64,000 bases of DNA from Eledone cirrhosa (Eukaryota): NCBI GenBank assembly GCA_964016885.1, contig OZ024756.1, positions 23,436,001-23,500,000 on the forward strand, in the 5' to 3' direction. A program made the translations under genes and the position numbers. Shown here one piece after another: positions 16,878-31,766 of this stretch. Numbering within the stretch: the first letter of the stretch is position 1; every line of letters begins with the position of its first letter. The notes under the pieces are model-generated. The model worked only from the letters and a program-made list of their open reading frames with translations. It had not been told where the DNA came from and ran no database searches.

Positions 16878-17139
16878 TATATACATATATATACACACAT
16901 ATATATATATACACACAGAGACATATATATATACATATACACACACACATATACACACACATATATAAACATATATATACACACATATATATACATATAC
17001 ACACATATATATACATATATATACACACACACACATATATATACATATATATACACATACATATATATACATATATATATACACATACATATATATACAT
17101 ATATATATACACATACATATATATACATATATATATACA

Positions 17140-17195
17140 CACACACTTATGTATGGATATATATATATATATATATACACACACTTATGTATGGA

Positions 17196-17243
<48 letters not shown>

Positions 17244-17259
17244 TATGTATGGATATATG

Positions 17260-17297
<38 letters not shown>

Positions 17298-17313
17298 TAT
17301 GTATGGATATATG

Positions 17314-17344
<31 letters not shown>

Positions 17345-17352
17345 TTATGTAT

Positions 17353-17438
<86 letters not shown>

Positions 17439-17515
17439 TTATGTATGGATATATATATATATATACACACACACACTTATGTATGGATATATATATACAC
17501 ACACACTTATGTATG

Positions 17516-17550
<35 letters not shown>

Positions 17551-17559
17551 TTATGTATG

Positions 17560-17594
<35 letters not shown>

Positions 17595-17602
17595 TTATGT
17601 AT

Positions 17603-17610
<8 letters not shown>
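17140..17610. repeat. Compound minisatellite (CA)n-CTTATGTATGG-(AT)n
   Basis: Fixed core repeated about 10 times with variable dinucleotide spacers. Confidence 0.85.
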
Positions 17611-17673
<63 letters not shown>

Positions 17674-17736
17674 CATAATGTTCTAGAGCAATTTGATAGA
17701 AAGAATCCAAAGAGCACTCAACTTCTGGTGTCATTA

Positions 17737-17806
17737 AGGTACAAATTGTTTCTCTGAAATCTTGTTTCAGATCTTCCGCTGAGATCAGATTCCAACTCGT
17801 CAGCCT
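17737..17806 (-). ncRNA. Type I hammerhead ribozyme with extended stem II
   Basis: Reverse strand: agg-CTGACGA-GT TGGAATCT...AGATTTCA GA-GAAA-CAATTTG-TA-cct. Stem I is short and the base of stem II is imperfect. Confidence 0.6.
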
Positions 17807-17950
17807 ATTTTGACGTAACAGACTACAACAATTATGTTATGGCGTCAAGAAAGGCTGCTGATATATGAACAAAGAGCGTGTGGTAAGATACTAGTTAACC
17901 ATAACACACCAGCGTACTCGATACTAAACACACACATATATATATATATA

Positions 17951-17996
<46 letters not shown>

Positions 17997-18451
17997 CTAT
18001 AGATAAAATGAGATTTCTTAATTCAATTCCCTAATGCATATACCAGCTGGCTACTAGCATTGATGTTATTCAGTAGCAGTCGAAATCTCCCTCTTCCTTA
18101 ATTGACACTTTATAATTAATACTACTACACCAAATGACCAGCCCTGTCCATTGTTCAATTGGTCAAGTATAGATTAAAATAGGCACTCCCAAAAATTCTT
18201 ATTTAGATAAAATTAACCATTTACTCATTGTATTCTCATTAGAAACCCTTTATATACTTGTTTAGCAGTAAATTGAATTACCATCTGTCATATACTATCC
18301 CCTCTCTTCTTCCTCTATTACAACAAATATAAATACTTCAATTTTTCTGATTTTTTCCAATTTATCCAAAATCTCTGAAGAAGTGACAACTGATTATACA
18401 TTTTCTATCGAATACTTGCTAACATTATATAATTACGCAAGCAGCGATACA

Positions 18452-18491
18452 TAGGTATTCCGTCTGTTACAGAAACATATGTCAATACCTA
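18452..18491 (+). ncRNA. Decayed minimal hammerhead (5' core deleted)
   Basis: taggtatt/aataccta stem I encloses GAAA-CATATG-TC, but CUGANGA is missing. Confidence 0.4.
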
Positions 18492-18647
18492 ATAAATTCC
18501 TTTTTTTTTAAAAAAGCACTTTCATTTTATATTCATCTTTTCTACATTTTCTCCGGAATATAATTTATACTCGTTGAGCAAACCTACACGTACGCTGTTC
18601 ATCTCTAACGTAACGGTATATTATCACTACATTATTGATAACCTGAA

Positions 18648-18702
<55 letters not shown>

Positions 18703-19026
18703 AGCGGGGTAGACGAGGCATTTGCGCCAGACCCCCCTCCCCCATTATATACATACACACACAAACACAGAAAGGAACATACAAGTTAGGATTTGGTAGA
18801 TGCCTGTCACAAGGGTAATAGGTTTATCTACAATGCATATTCCATACATCTGTGTGTCATAAAAGCAGTGTGGCTCTTTGTCCCTGCATTCTTTTCAATA
18901 ACTAGTTTTAGTTGTTGAGAGAGAAACACAGTGCGAGAAAAAGATCGACAATATATACATGCACATTCACACACACACATGCACACATATATATATATAT
19001 ATATGTATAATTTTAACATTTATTAT

Positions 19027-19114
19027 TATTCCTGATGCAGTGGTAAGATTAAACAATATAGTAACCGAGATTATCGGTTGTTGATTGCATCTTAGTACTG
19101 AAACACGTGTAGAA
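19027..19114 (+). ncRNA. Hammerhead-like motif with A9C core change
   Basis: ttc-CTGATGC-AGTG gtaaga...tcttag TACT-GAAA-CACGTG-TA-gaa, with palindromic minimal stem III. Confidence 0.5.
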
Positions 19115-19309
19115 AAATAAAGATATCTTAAAAGTTTTTGGCGTTCGTTTAAGTGCATATATATATATATATACATATATATATATCCGAAATATAGGGA
19201 CAATTAAATCACTTCCAAGGTAACTATCTCGTGTTATTATTTTTACACTTTTCCTACGTTCCTCTACACCCTATACATCTCATTTTACATTTTCTCTTAC
19301 ATCTCTCTC

Positions 19310-19348
<39 letters not shown>

Positions 19349-19486
19349 CTCATTACCACCTGATTCTGTTACCTGGAGATTTACCCATCTGCATTGTAAA
19401 GGCTTCCAAAACGACCAATTTTATTATTCCACAATGCTGCAAGCAAACTTCAACACTCTCTTATATATTTATATATATATTTATGT

Positions 19487-19522
<36 letters not shown>

Positions 19523-19576
19523 GGGTAGAGAGAAAGAGAGAGACCTACGTATATACATATTTGTAGAAGTAAACAG

Positions 19577-19710
19577 AGCGGCGAATTAGCAGAGTCGTTA
19601 GAACATCAGATAGAATGCTTTGTGGTATTTGTTCTGGTTCTCTGCTCTCTCAGTTCAAATCCTGCCGAGGTTAACTTTACCTTTCATCTTGTGGAGGTCG
19701 ATGAAAAAGA
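19577..19710 (+). mobile_element. Diverged SINE family 1 5' part
   Basis: gttcaaatcctgccgaggttaacttt...gaggtcgat. Confidence 0.65.
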
Positions 19711-20804
19711 ACCCATCTCGTATTCATGTCAATGACATTACTTGCTCTATATCTCTTTCTCATTTCCTCTCTTTATCAATTCCCATCCTTCTCCGGAAGA
19801 AATCTGCTGTATTCAGACCTAGAGGGTGATGGGCTCCGCCAGACATTTAAATGCCTAAGAAACGCCTTATGCCATTTCGTTGCTCCCAACGACTCCATCA
19901 GGAGTTACGGGATTTACAAAATATTTATATATACCTTTGATCACGTATAAGACAACAACTGAAATAATGGAATAACTTTAGATAAAATATGAAAAGAAAC
20001 TTATCTGATAGAGATACCAATTTCAGCCATGATCCTTCTGTAAAACTGGAGAATTTTTGTTAGGAAAATCTGCAGGATGAAAATCAAAAACATGACGTTC
20101 AGAGGGAAAAAAAGGTAGGCAAATGAATATTTGTTTTGCTAAACTGGATTGGTCGAAATTAGGGCGAATCTACTATTGTCCAATCAGAGTATGATACGCA
20201 TACACGGTCATAACTGGACTAAATGGAGGCCTTTTGGCGGAATGTTTTTTTTTTGGGAGGGGGGGGGGGGGGGGCGTTTGTACACATTCAAACAACTTAG
20301 TGTTTCAATATATATTCGTTTACTCATGTTTGTTCCTATTTCAATTGTCAGGAAAAACCATTTTCAAACTCAGTCTTTTCAATGCTCCACACTTGTGGAC
20401 ATTTATCTCTTGGATATAGTGAAAAGTTTTGAAACCAGCAAGTGAGTTTTTATCAAAGCTTCAAGTGTATTTTCAACTAATTATCTTTGTATCGTATTTC
20501 TAAATTTGTGGAATAGAATAAAACTAATCGTCTCTTTCGTGTTAACTAATCTCTTTCAGTTCTTTGAGTTGGTGTCTTGTACCTGTTAAGAGATGAGATA
20601 GAATTGCTACAAATGGGGTATTTTTACAATAAGCATACCATTCTTTTAATAGTTAATGCTATATTGTTAATTGACCTTTATTTCATATAAATTTTTAAAA
20701 AAACTAACATTGTGTGATACAGCATTACATGTTTATTTTAAGTCCTTTCGGGACAATTAAATAATGAACTACGGTGAATAATTTATAGGTAAAAATAATT
20801 GTTT

Positions 20805-20975
20805 CTATTTTGGACACAAGGCCAGCAATTACCCCAGTGTATTACTGGTACTTTATTTTATCGACCCCGTAAGGATGAAAGGCAAAGTTAACCTCGGCGG
20901 GATTTGAACTCAGATCATAAAGGGCTCTATGCTGCAAAGCATGGCGTCAGACTCTCTTCCGATACTGCCAACTAC
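20805..20975 (-). mobile_element. SINE family 1
   Basis: Same body and B-box. Confidence 0.8.
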
Positions 20976-21413
20976 CGTTGGTAAAATGCAAGCGTTAACG
21001 TAAATTATTTAGTATATATTAAATTTTCTTTAGAGTCAGTTTGTGCAAATCCCATCGGTGTAGCTAGCATGTAATGTCTCTTAGATGATTAAAATTGTTA
21101 TTACATTCCATGCTGGTTTAATTAGATTTTCTTTCCTTTAATAAATAACACATTAATCTCCTGACTGAGGTTTGAATTAGTCATTTAATATTTATAATGA
21201 AAGGTTCAGTTCTTATTTTTAGTATTTAATTCAGAACATTCTTTTATATCTTAATCCGAAGCTAATCATTTTCCAAGAGGTAAATATTTAAGGGGGCAGT
21301 GCACGATCTACGCATTTCCATCAAACTGTTGATTGTGGTCGTAGTAATGTTTGTATTGCTACAGCTGCTGTACAGGGTGAACTCCAGGTCTGCTGTAGCT
21401 GTTTGAGCATATA

Positions 21414-21600
21414 TACGAGGTGTCTGAAAAGTAACAGGACTTAATGTTGGGTAGGGATTAGTTGGTTACTTCACCGTTTGACATAATAACAGGGGAGAAT
21501 ATAACTGCGATCTCGGCTCCCTGCAGTCATTGTGTATTTTTTAGCGAGCTTTTTTCTCAATTTTAGGTCGCCGAGCGATGGGTACAGAACGAAGATATAT
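21414..21600 (+). mobile_element. Mariner-like left-end fragment
   Basis: TA-CGAGGTGTCTGAAAAGTAAC resembles a mariner TIR; no partner TIR found. Confidence 0.35.
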
Positions 21601-23140
21601 ACATAATATAAAAGAGAGGTGTTGGTTGGTTCCTTCGCGCATCACACAAAAAAAGAAAAGTGACAATCGAAAATAAGTACAATGGACTAAGGGTATACCC
21701 AGGAAGGTTTATTGATACTAATTTTATAAAACCAATGAAGAAAAACATCCCGAGTATGCTGACCAACCTGACTGTTATTTCTAGCAGGCTGGGAGACAGC
21801 CACAAGGGATCCTCTCCGTGCGTTCGTTGTCAGTGAGGGTCGTTTTACGCGGCCAGCGTCTCCCTTGATTCAAACCCTAGTTTACACACACATACACACA
21901 CACACACGTACGCACACATATTATAGGTCCGTGACTGATCATTCTATATACTTTTTTGTGTTTTTGATGGTTCGTCCACAGATTAGATGTGATTTTGTTG
22001 TGTTAACACTGGTCTGAGGATCAGGCAGCCTTGGAGTCTCGTCTGTGGGTGCCATCCCAGATCACGAGCCAGCTGCTTGGGAAACATTTGTAACCAGGAT
22101 TAAGCAATAAATCTCCTATGTAACATATCCACTTTGTTCTTATTGTATACACTCTGCTCTGCATCAAGTGCTGACTTTGGTTTTCTTCGGATTTACTGAA
22201 CTTTCTGCACATATATAATTATTTATATGTAATATAAAAGATTGGGACTTTCATCATTCTTTTGAGAAACCTGGACCCACAGCATGTATCCAATGTTATA
22301 CGCTTTACAGTTAGGCAGAAGATGAATATTCTTCTAGAGGTCCCTATTCTTCAAAGTAATCATCAAAGAGAGAATTCATTTATTCCCAAAATTGGGAAAA
22401 TGCATTTATTCCCGTTTCTCTGCCAGGCAGTCGTTTAAATTATTTTGATATATAGAGAGATAGAAGCGCCGTCCAACACATGCCAATGTAGAAAGTACGC
22501 TTAAAATGGTGGTCAGATCTTTTGTATTTAACATCTGTATGTATAATGTGACAACTCCAATTACATATGCTAAGCTAACTTTTAAATGTAAACTTGGGAG
22601 TTTATGTATTTTTATTTTTAGTGTATAACACCAACCTAAAGTGCCCCAGGACCACCAAGTTCTAAATCTGGCCTTGATTGAGCATTACAGTTAGGGCGAA
22701 GAGAAGAACCATGCGATCTGTGAACAAACCGCAGAGAAACCGCCCCAAATAGTTTTGAATTGTTCAGTGAACGGATACTGCTGGAACTTAGGCTGGGGAC
22801 CCGATCGACCTCAGCTTGGTCACTTGATAAACGCAATCGGAAGTTGAAAGACCCGAAACAACTGAGATCCAGTTCACGTGGCTCATCATGCTTCTCTGCT
22901 CATCTAGATGTCTTGAACACACACATACGCACACACACATACACACACACACATAAACGTCCGTATATTTGTGTGTATATGTATATATATATATATATAT
23001 ATTAGAAAGTGAGGTTTTTTTTATAAAATGAAAAATAACCGAGGTGTCCTACACGAGTGAAAGTATAAAGAAAAAGAGATGAAATCGAAAATGCAACTGG
23101 AGTCTTATTTTTTTTTTTAAATATATATATTTATTTGGTT

Positions 23141-23178
23141 CCTTTACCGGTTTCGCAGTTCTTCTGCTTTTCAAAAGT
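23141..23178 (-). ncRNA. Minimal hammerhead ribozyme, U3-A8 variant (inverted arm)
   Basis: Reverse complement of the 23254 motif inside the same palindrome. Confidence 0.65.
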
Positions 23179-23253
23179 AGAGTAGAGATGGAGGGTCTGT
23201 GGTTTTTCTCACATCTGATGTGAGAAAAAATACAGACCCTCCATCTCAACTCA

Positions 23254-23291
23254 CCTTTTGAAAAGCAGAAGAACTGCGAAACCGGTAAAGG
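23254..23291 (+). ncRNA. Minimal hammerhead ribozyme, U3-A8 core variant
   Basis: cctt-TTGAAAA-GCAG aagaa CTGC-GAAA-CCGG-TA-aagg. Confidence 0.7.
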
Positions 23292-23360
23292 AACCAAATA
23301 AAAATATATATTTTTTAAAAAAATAAGACTCCAGTTGCATTTTCGATTTCATCTCTTTTT

Positions 23361-23408
<48 letters not shown>

Positions 23409-23674
23409 GAGTCGGGGACCGACAACGCTGTTTCTCACTTGTTAGTGGTTGTCAAGGCTGCATATCCTCCTAGTTTCCGGAAGACACGGAAGACACTATA
23501 TTTCATATTGCTCTTTCTGCCTGGATTTGCGACCGTTAGATAGCATTAGAAATTGGAACGACCAATGGAAACATTGTTTCCTCGGTCCGATTTGACGCGC
23601 TCCACCCCACTCGTTAAGCGAATGAGGTCTGGGATCTTGTCGATCGACTATCGATATATATATATATATGTATA

Positions 23675-23725
<51 letters not shown>

Positions 23726-23734
23726 ATATGTATG

Positions 23735-23943
<209 letters not shown>

Positions 23944-23960
23944 GTATTTATATATATATG

Positions 23961-24018
<58 letters not shown>

Positions 24019-24058
24019 AATTGAAACAAAATGAAAACGAAATTTCATTTCTCACTCT

Positions 24059-24109
<51 letters not shown>

Positions 24110-24110
24110 G

Positions 24111-24193
<83 letters not shown>

Positions 24194-24194
24194 G

Positions 24195-24254
<60 letters not shown>

Positions 24255-24256
24255 GA

Positions 24257-24368
<112 letters not shown>

Positions 24369-24384
24369 TAAAATCTGTCTTAAG

Positions 24385-24642
24385 CCAGAAGGCTCATTTG
24401 GCCGGTGCTTATCCCGGTTTCATGGCGTGAAGCGACTGAGTACAAGACTCCTCCCTGGACAGGACGCCAGTCCATCACAGAGTTAAACCCCCAGCTATTG
24501 CTGGTATTCATTTTCAGTTGAGTATAGTGGAGTAACGTGAAATGAAGTGTCTTGCTCAAGAACACAAAACGCAAACCAAGGAATTGAACCCACGACATTA
24601 TGAACGTAAGTTGAACTGCCTTACCAATAGGCCACGTGCCTC
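24385..24642 (-). mobile_element. tRNA-derived SINE family 2
   Basis: Reverse strand has a tRNA-like head (gtggcctattggtaagg...gggttcaattcc), then ttgagcaagacacttcatttcac...gatggactggcgtcctgtccagg. Related pieces at 36688-36800, 37393-37520 and 57030-57085. Confidence 0.75.
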
Positions 24643-24687
24643 CACGCACACACACACACACACACAAACACACGCGCACACACGCAT

Positions 24688-24744
<57 letters not shown>

Positions 24745-25313
24745 TAAAGTTAGTCCTTCATCAGTGATCTTCCAACCATCATTGGTATTTCATCGCTTTA
24801 AAGACCATATACCTCCGGTTGGTGCGAGCAACGGCTAAAAAAGGTCGTTGGGACACGTAAATAAAGGGGACACGTGAGTGTAAACAAACAAAGATGGTGA
24901 AGCAACGAAAAGTGAGGAAGAAGGAGTCAAGTCCCAAATTTCCATGAATATAAGTTCGGTGAAATCGTGAACAAGAGAGAATAAAGACCATCAAACCTGG
25001 TTGGAATGTGAGCAAGGAAGGAATTCCGTACAGGTCTAACGGGAGGAAGAAGGGATCTAGTCTGTGAATTCGGTGAACGTAAGTTCTGTGGAATCGTAGA
25101 CGAGAGAGAGAATAAAAAGCGACCTGCCTGACCTATATATATATATATTTATATTTATATTTATTATACTTATTCACATGACAGTCATCAACGAACCAAT
25201 TTACTTCTCTAAAAACCTGGCATTTCGAGCCACTTTTTTCCATATAAAACAGAAGTAACATTCGAACACCAACCAGATGTGAGAAAAACCACAAACCCTC
25301 CATCTCAATTCTA

Positions 25314-25350
25314 CTTTTGAAAAGCACAAGAACTGCGAAACCGGTAAAGG
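25314..25350 (+). ncRNA. Minimal hammerhead ribozyme, U3-A8 variant
   Basis: ctt-TTGAAAA-GCAC aagaa CTGC-GAAA-CCGG-TA-aag, in a second copy (about 25275-25475) of the 23003 element. Confidence 0.6.
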
Positions 25351-25468
25351 AACCAAATAATTATATTTTTAAATAAAAAGATTCCAGTTACATTTTCGCT
25401 TTCATCTTTTTTCCTTACTCGTGTAGGACACCTCGGTTTTTGTTTTCATTTTGTAAAAAAAACATCAC

Positions 25469-25538
<70 letters not shown>

Positions 25539-25606
25539 GCGGTGCGTTTTTGTCAGGGTAGCATATATGAGTGCGTGTGACGTACTTAAAGAATACACAC
25601 ACACAG

Positions 25607-25682
<76 letters not shown>

Positions 25683-25901
25683 ATACACACACTGAGACGT
25701 ACATTTATAGATAAGAGTGTATTAGTGAATGTACACCTTGACATATTGTAGGGAATGATTTGAAGCTGTGTGTGGCTCCATCTAGTGTCAGTTTGTAAGT
25801 AGGCAGTCATTCAGTGCTGATATGAAACAACAACAACAACGAAAACAACGACGACAACAACGACGACAACAACAATCACATTGCATTAATGATGACATAA
25901 C

Positions 25902-25961
<60 letters not shown>

Positions 25962-25979
25962 GAGGTATCCACTGTAATG

Positions 25980-26024
<45 letters not shown>

Positions 26025-27371
26025 TTGTGAGTTTGTGTGTGCGCATGTGTAGGCACCCACAAATAAGCGAGTTATTGATCAATCTGTACTAAAGAAAAGC
26101 ATTTTTATGCATGTATACATTTATATATACATGTATGTGGTGTGCCTATGTGTGCATATATGTGTATATACATACATACATATATATATATTTATATATA
26201 TATATTTATATATATATATATATACACACACACTTGTAAAATGCACTGGTTGGCTAGCTTTTCGACCATTTTTCACAAAAAGACCATACATATACATTGA
26301 TATATATATATATATATAATAGACACACACACACATTCATACACACACATACACACACATTCATACAGACACACACACATTCATACATTCATTCATATAT
26401 AGATATCCATCTATCCATACATACACACATACATGTCCATACATAGATACATACACACATACATATCCATACATACATATATACACACACACACACTTAC
26501 ACACACACTTACATACATACATACACACACAGACAGATATGTCCATACATACACACATACATACATACACACATACACACACACATACATACATACACAT
26601 ACACACACATACATACATACATACACACATACACACACACACACATACATACATACACACATGTCCATACAAACTCGTCAATTTACCTATGTATATTAGT
26701 TATGTATAATGTTAGGTGAGAGAATTGATTTTGAGAGGCAGAACAGGGAGAAAAAACATAAGAGAGAAAGAAAGAAAGGGGAGAGAAAGAAAGAAGGGGG
26801 AGAGAGAGAAAGAAAGAAAGTGAGAGAGAGAGAAAGAAAGAAAGGGGAGAGAGGGAAAGAAAGAAAGTGAGTGAGAGAGAGAGAAAGAAAGGGAGAAAGA
26901 GAAAGAAAGAAAGGGAGCGATAGAACGAAAGAAGGGAGAGAGAGAGAAAGAAAGAAAGGTAGAGAGAGAGAGAAAGAAAGAAAGGGAGAGATAGAAAGAA
27001 AGAAGGGGGAGAGTGAGAAAGAAAGAAAGGGGAGAGAGAGAAAGAAAGAAAGGTAGAGAGAGAGAAAGAAAGAAAGGGAGAGAGAAAGAAAGAGAGAGAT
27101 AGAAAGAAAGAAAGAAAGAAAGAAAGGGAGAGATAGAAAGAAAGAAGGGGGAGAGTGAGAAAGAAAGAAAGGGGAGAGAGAGAAAGAAAGAAAGGTAGAG
27201 AGAGAGAGAGATAGAAAGAAAGAAAGAAAGAAAGGGAGAGATAGAAAGAAAGAAGGGGGAGAGAGAGAAAGAAAGGGAGAGAGGGAGAAAGGTATCACAT
27301 GATCAGATGAAGTTAATAGCACAGATACAAAGATGAATGTTTTGTATAGGGCGTGAGTGGGGATGGGGGAT

Positions 27372-27433
27372 ATGTGTGTGTGTGTGTGTGTTCTTATGTT
27401 GGCTAAATGTGTCTATATATATATATATATTTA

Positions 27434-27485
<52 letters not shown>

Positions 27486-27775
27486 CTTATGTTGGCTAAA
27501 TGTGTCTATATATATATATATTTATGTGTGCGCGTGTGTGTGTGTGTGTGTGTTCTTATGTTGGCTAAATGTGTCTCTATATATATATATATTTATGTGT
27601 GTGTGTGTGTGTTCTTATGTTGGCTAAATGTGTCTATATATATATTTATGTGTGTGTGTGTTCTTATGTTGGCTATATTTATGTGTGCGTGTGTGTGTGT
27701 GTGTGTTCTTATGTTGGCTAAATGTGTCTATATATATATATATATATTTGTGTGTGTGTGTGTGTGTGCGCGCGC

Positions 27776-27826
<51 letters not shown>

Positions 27827-27935
27827 CTTATGTTGGCTAAATGTGTCTATATATATATTTATGTGTGTGTGTGTGTGTGTGTGTGTGTTCTTATGTTGGC
27901 TAAATGTATCTATATATATATATATTTATGTGTGT
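27372..27935. repeat. Compound minisatellite (GT)n-TCTTATGTTGGCTAAATGTGTC-(TA)n
   Basis: Fixed core repeated about 8 times. Confidence 0.85.
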
Positions 27936-28364
27936 GTGTATGTGTGTGTAAAATGTTGTGTATATGTGTCTATGTATAGATATGTGTCTGTATGCCTAAT
28001 GCCTATATGTGTAAAATGTGTATATGAAGTCTATATATATGTTTGTATCTATTTGTAAAATGCTGTGTATATGTCTATATTATATTATATACACATATAT
28101 ATGTGTGTGTGTGTATGTAGAATGTCTGTATATATGTCTATATTATATATATATATATGTATGTGTGTAGAATGTCTGTGTATATGTCTATATTATATAT
28201 ATATGTGTGTGTGTGTGTAGAATGTCTATGTATAATCATTCTACACCTACATACAGACATATATATATATGCCTGTATGTCGGTGTAGAATGTATGTGTA
28301 TATGTCTATATTATATATATATATATATATGTCTGTATGTCGGTGTAGAATGTATGTGTATATG

Positions 28365-28411
<47 letters not shown>

Positions 28412-28626
28412 TGTATGTAGGTGTAAAAGGGAAATTTACGCTTATCTCAACGCATAATTACATGTATGATTATTGTATTCATGTATATATATATGTGTGT
28501 AACCGTGCGTATGTGTGTATGTATATATATATATGTATATATATATATATAGACATACATACACACATATATGCACAACGAAAAAACACTCATACATAAT
28601 GCCATACAATAATACTCGCACGCACA

Positions 28627-28670
<44 letters not shown>

Positions 28671-28778
28671 CGTGTATTCATGTATGTGTATATATGTGTG
28701 TATGTATGTATTCATGTATGTATGTGTGTATATATATATATATGTGTGTATGTGTGTATATATATATATGTATGTGTG

Positions 28779-28813
<35 letters not shown>

Positions 28814-29498
28814 ATTCATGTATGTATATATATATATATGTGTGTGTGTATGTATGTATTCATGTATGTAATTCGTGTTTGTAAGCATTTATTGCCTATG
28901 TGTATATATGTGTGTGCGGTAGAGTAGCTCTAAAATGTGACACCAACTCATTGTATTATTTTAACTAGCTAATATCAGTAGCATATATCTAGAAAACTAG
29001 AAAATACTTTAGAATGGACAACAAAAGCTCGCCATTTTTTCTCCTACTTACGTAATCTACCGAATATGACCGATATTCAATCGCCATTTTAACTCGTTCT
29101 TCATTTGACGGTTTCTCTTGCAGTTTCCATAAAATAAATTTCATCTCATTTTTTTTTTCTTTCCTACATTCTAGTTTTAATAGAATAATTTACGTAAAAA
29201 ATGTCTTTCCCCCCTTGTGTTTTTGTTGTGTTTGTTTGTTTTTTGTTGTTTTGGGGGGGTTTTTTCATATGAAATGACGCTATTTGTAAAATGTTGCGAG
29301 AGGAAGAGAACGAGTGCATGCGAGAGAAATCGAGGGATGGCGACAGGCGGAGAGAGATGATGAGAGAGACAGAGAGAGAAGAAGAGAATGAACAATATAA
29401 TAGGTGCTTGAGAGTGAGAGAAAATGGGAAATAGTGAGATATAGTGAGATAAGTTTTATGTACGTGAGATGGGTACAGTGAATGGGGAACAAATTGTG

Positions 29499-29567
<69 letters not shown>

Positions 29568-29760
29568 TGTGTGTGTGTATATATACATATATAATTGTAC
29601 TTATTTAATGTATCTATATAAGTATATCTGTGTGTGCATATACACACATACATATATATATGTATATATATTTATTTATATATATATATTATATATATAT
29701 ATATACATATTTATATAGAAATCATATAGAAATCTTTATTTTGGATAAATAAATAAAGAT

Positions 29761-29831
29761 TTCTATCTGATGAGCGATATTAGACGTTTCTGTTAAAATG
29801 GTCTAACTTCGCGAAACCTTGGGTAATGGAA
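29761..29831 (+). ncRNA. Type I hammerhead ribozyme, canonical core
   Basis: ttctat-CTGATGA-GCGA(extended stem II)TCGC-GAAA-CC TTG GG-TA-atggaa. All three helices pair; cleavage triplet GUA. Confidence 0.85.
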
Positions 29832-29924
29832 TAATTATATTGTGTTGTTTATTATATAATTACATATTTATCCTTATCGAGCCCTCTTTGGATTTTAGTC
29901 TTCAAATTTATTATTATTGCTATA

Positions 29925-30036
<112 letters not shown>

Positions 30037-30430
30037 GATGTGACTCGCAAGCATAGAACTGACCGACATTCTACACCCAAGAACTTACCATAGTGTACCT
30101 GGCCGTTAACGATCTTGCGAGCAAAACGCGACTCAGGTATGCATATTTACATGTCTATCAATCTCAGCTGGAACCTGTACAACGAGAATTCAATGATGTT
30201 GGTGTTAGTATGAAGAAAGATTTCTGTGTAAGGATTTCAGTTTGTTTTCAATCTCGTATGACAGAATGGAAACATATAAAGCCCTGCAAATGTTGATCTT
30301 GGTTTGAAAAGCTTTTTTTTTTCTGAACTTTCAATGGTTAAAATAGTTTTTTTTCTGAAAAATTATTATAGATATTGCAATTGTTAGAAATACTGCTGCC
30401 TATGTATATAAAATTGAATGACTGGAGACA

Positions 30431-30705
30431 CGAGAGTCGGCTGAAAGGTTCATAGGCTGACCAAGGTATTCTCATGGAATGACTAAATGAGGTTTATTTT
30501 TCATTAATAAACCTCATTTATCCCCTAGAAAGAAACAATACAGTTATCAATAAGATGACTTGAAATTAATGCATACAACAATGGCGGTGCCTCAGCATGG
30601 CCTCAGTATGTCGGCTGGAACACGTAATAGAGTAATAAAGTATCAAATCACAGCCCTAACATCATTCCTCCATATTCAGCCTATGGGCTTTTCAGCTGAC
30701 TCTCG
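30431..30705. mobile_element. Tc1/mariner-type MITE
   Basis: About 30-bp imperfect TIRs cgagagtcggctgaaaggttcataggctga / tcagcctatgggcttttcagctgactctcg, with TA on the right flank. Confidence 0.65.
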
Positions 30706-31357
30706 TAGCTTTTGCTGTTGATCTGAGAAAGTAAGGTGTAGATGGGTAGTGCAGCTTGCTATACATAGATGATCTCAGTTTTCTGAATGTTATTTCTCAA
30801 GTCCATTGTTTTATAAGCTAAGGTAATAATGGCTTATAAAGTTTCTGGAGAATCAGCTGACCAGCGTAGTATCAGCAGGACACTGCAGCGAAATAAGCTG
30901 CAGAGATCTGAGTTTGGTGGCACCCTGCAAGCTGATGTGAAAGAGGTTCCTGTTGAGACGAAGTTTAATAGGGGTTCCTATAACCGTTTCTATTATCCGC
31001 TATAAGAAAGGGTGTGTTAGGATACCAAAGAGAACAGCAGCCAACACAGAGACATGTCTGAGTCTCGTTTTTATACTGAAGGGCTCAGTGTTATTACTAT
31101 TGGAGTATCCGTATCTGTCCCACTCCTCACACACACACACACACACGCACACACTAACGCACAAACACACACATACATGTAGGTGTGTGTATGTATATTT
31201 TTAATGGTATCTTCAAACCCGTCCAAATGTCTACTGACTAGGTCACAAATTTAATCGCTCTTACAATCTGGGGAGAGGGTCAAAATTGGGCCTTGAAATC
31301 TAAGATAGCACTTTTGCTCCGGGTATGAACGTAAGTAGATAATAGATTTTTTATATG

Positions 31358-31436
<79 letters not shown>

Positions 31437-31583
31437 CCTCATCGAGCCCTCTTTGGATTTTAGTCTTCAAATTTATTATTATTACTATATATATATATAT
31501 AAGTTATTCCGGGTTGAATCGGGGGTAGCCACAGTAAGTAAGGTACTCAATACATACCAGAGTATAAATGTTTTAATATAGAA

Positions 31584-31636
31584 GAGCTTCTACAGGACTA
31601 GAACTGTTTCATTCGTAAGAAATCATCAGGAAGCTC
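31584..31636 (-). ncRNA. Type I hammerhead ribozyme (family A)
   Basis: Reverse strand: gagcttc-CTGATGA-tTTC ttac GAAt-GAAA-CAG ttctagtc CTG-TA-gaagctc. Confidence 0.75.
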
Positions 31637-31702
31637 CAGTGAGCTTCCTGATGATTTCTCACGAATGATACATTTTTAGTACTGTAGAAGCTCTTCTATA
31701 TT

Positions 31703-31766
<64 letters not shown>

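Noticed and set aside
24780-25132. Possible solo LTR
   Set aside because: No clear TG...CA ends, TSD or second copy in the window.
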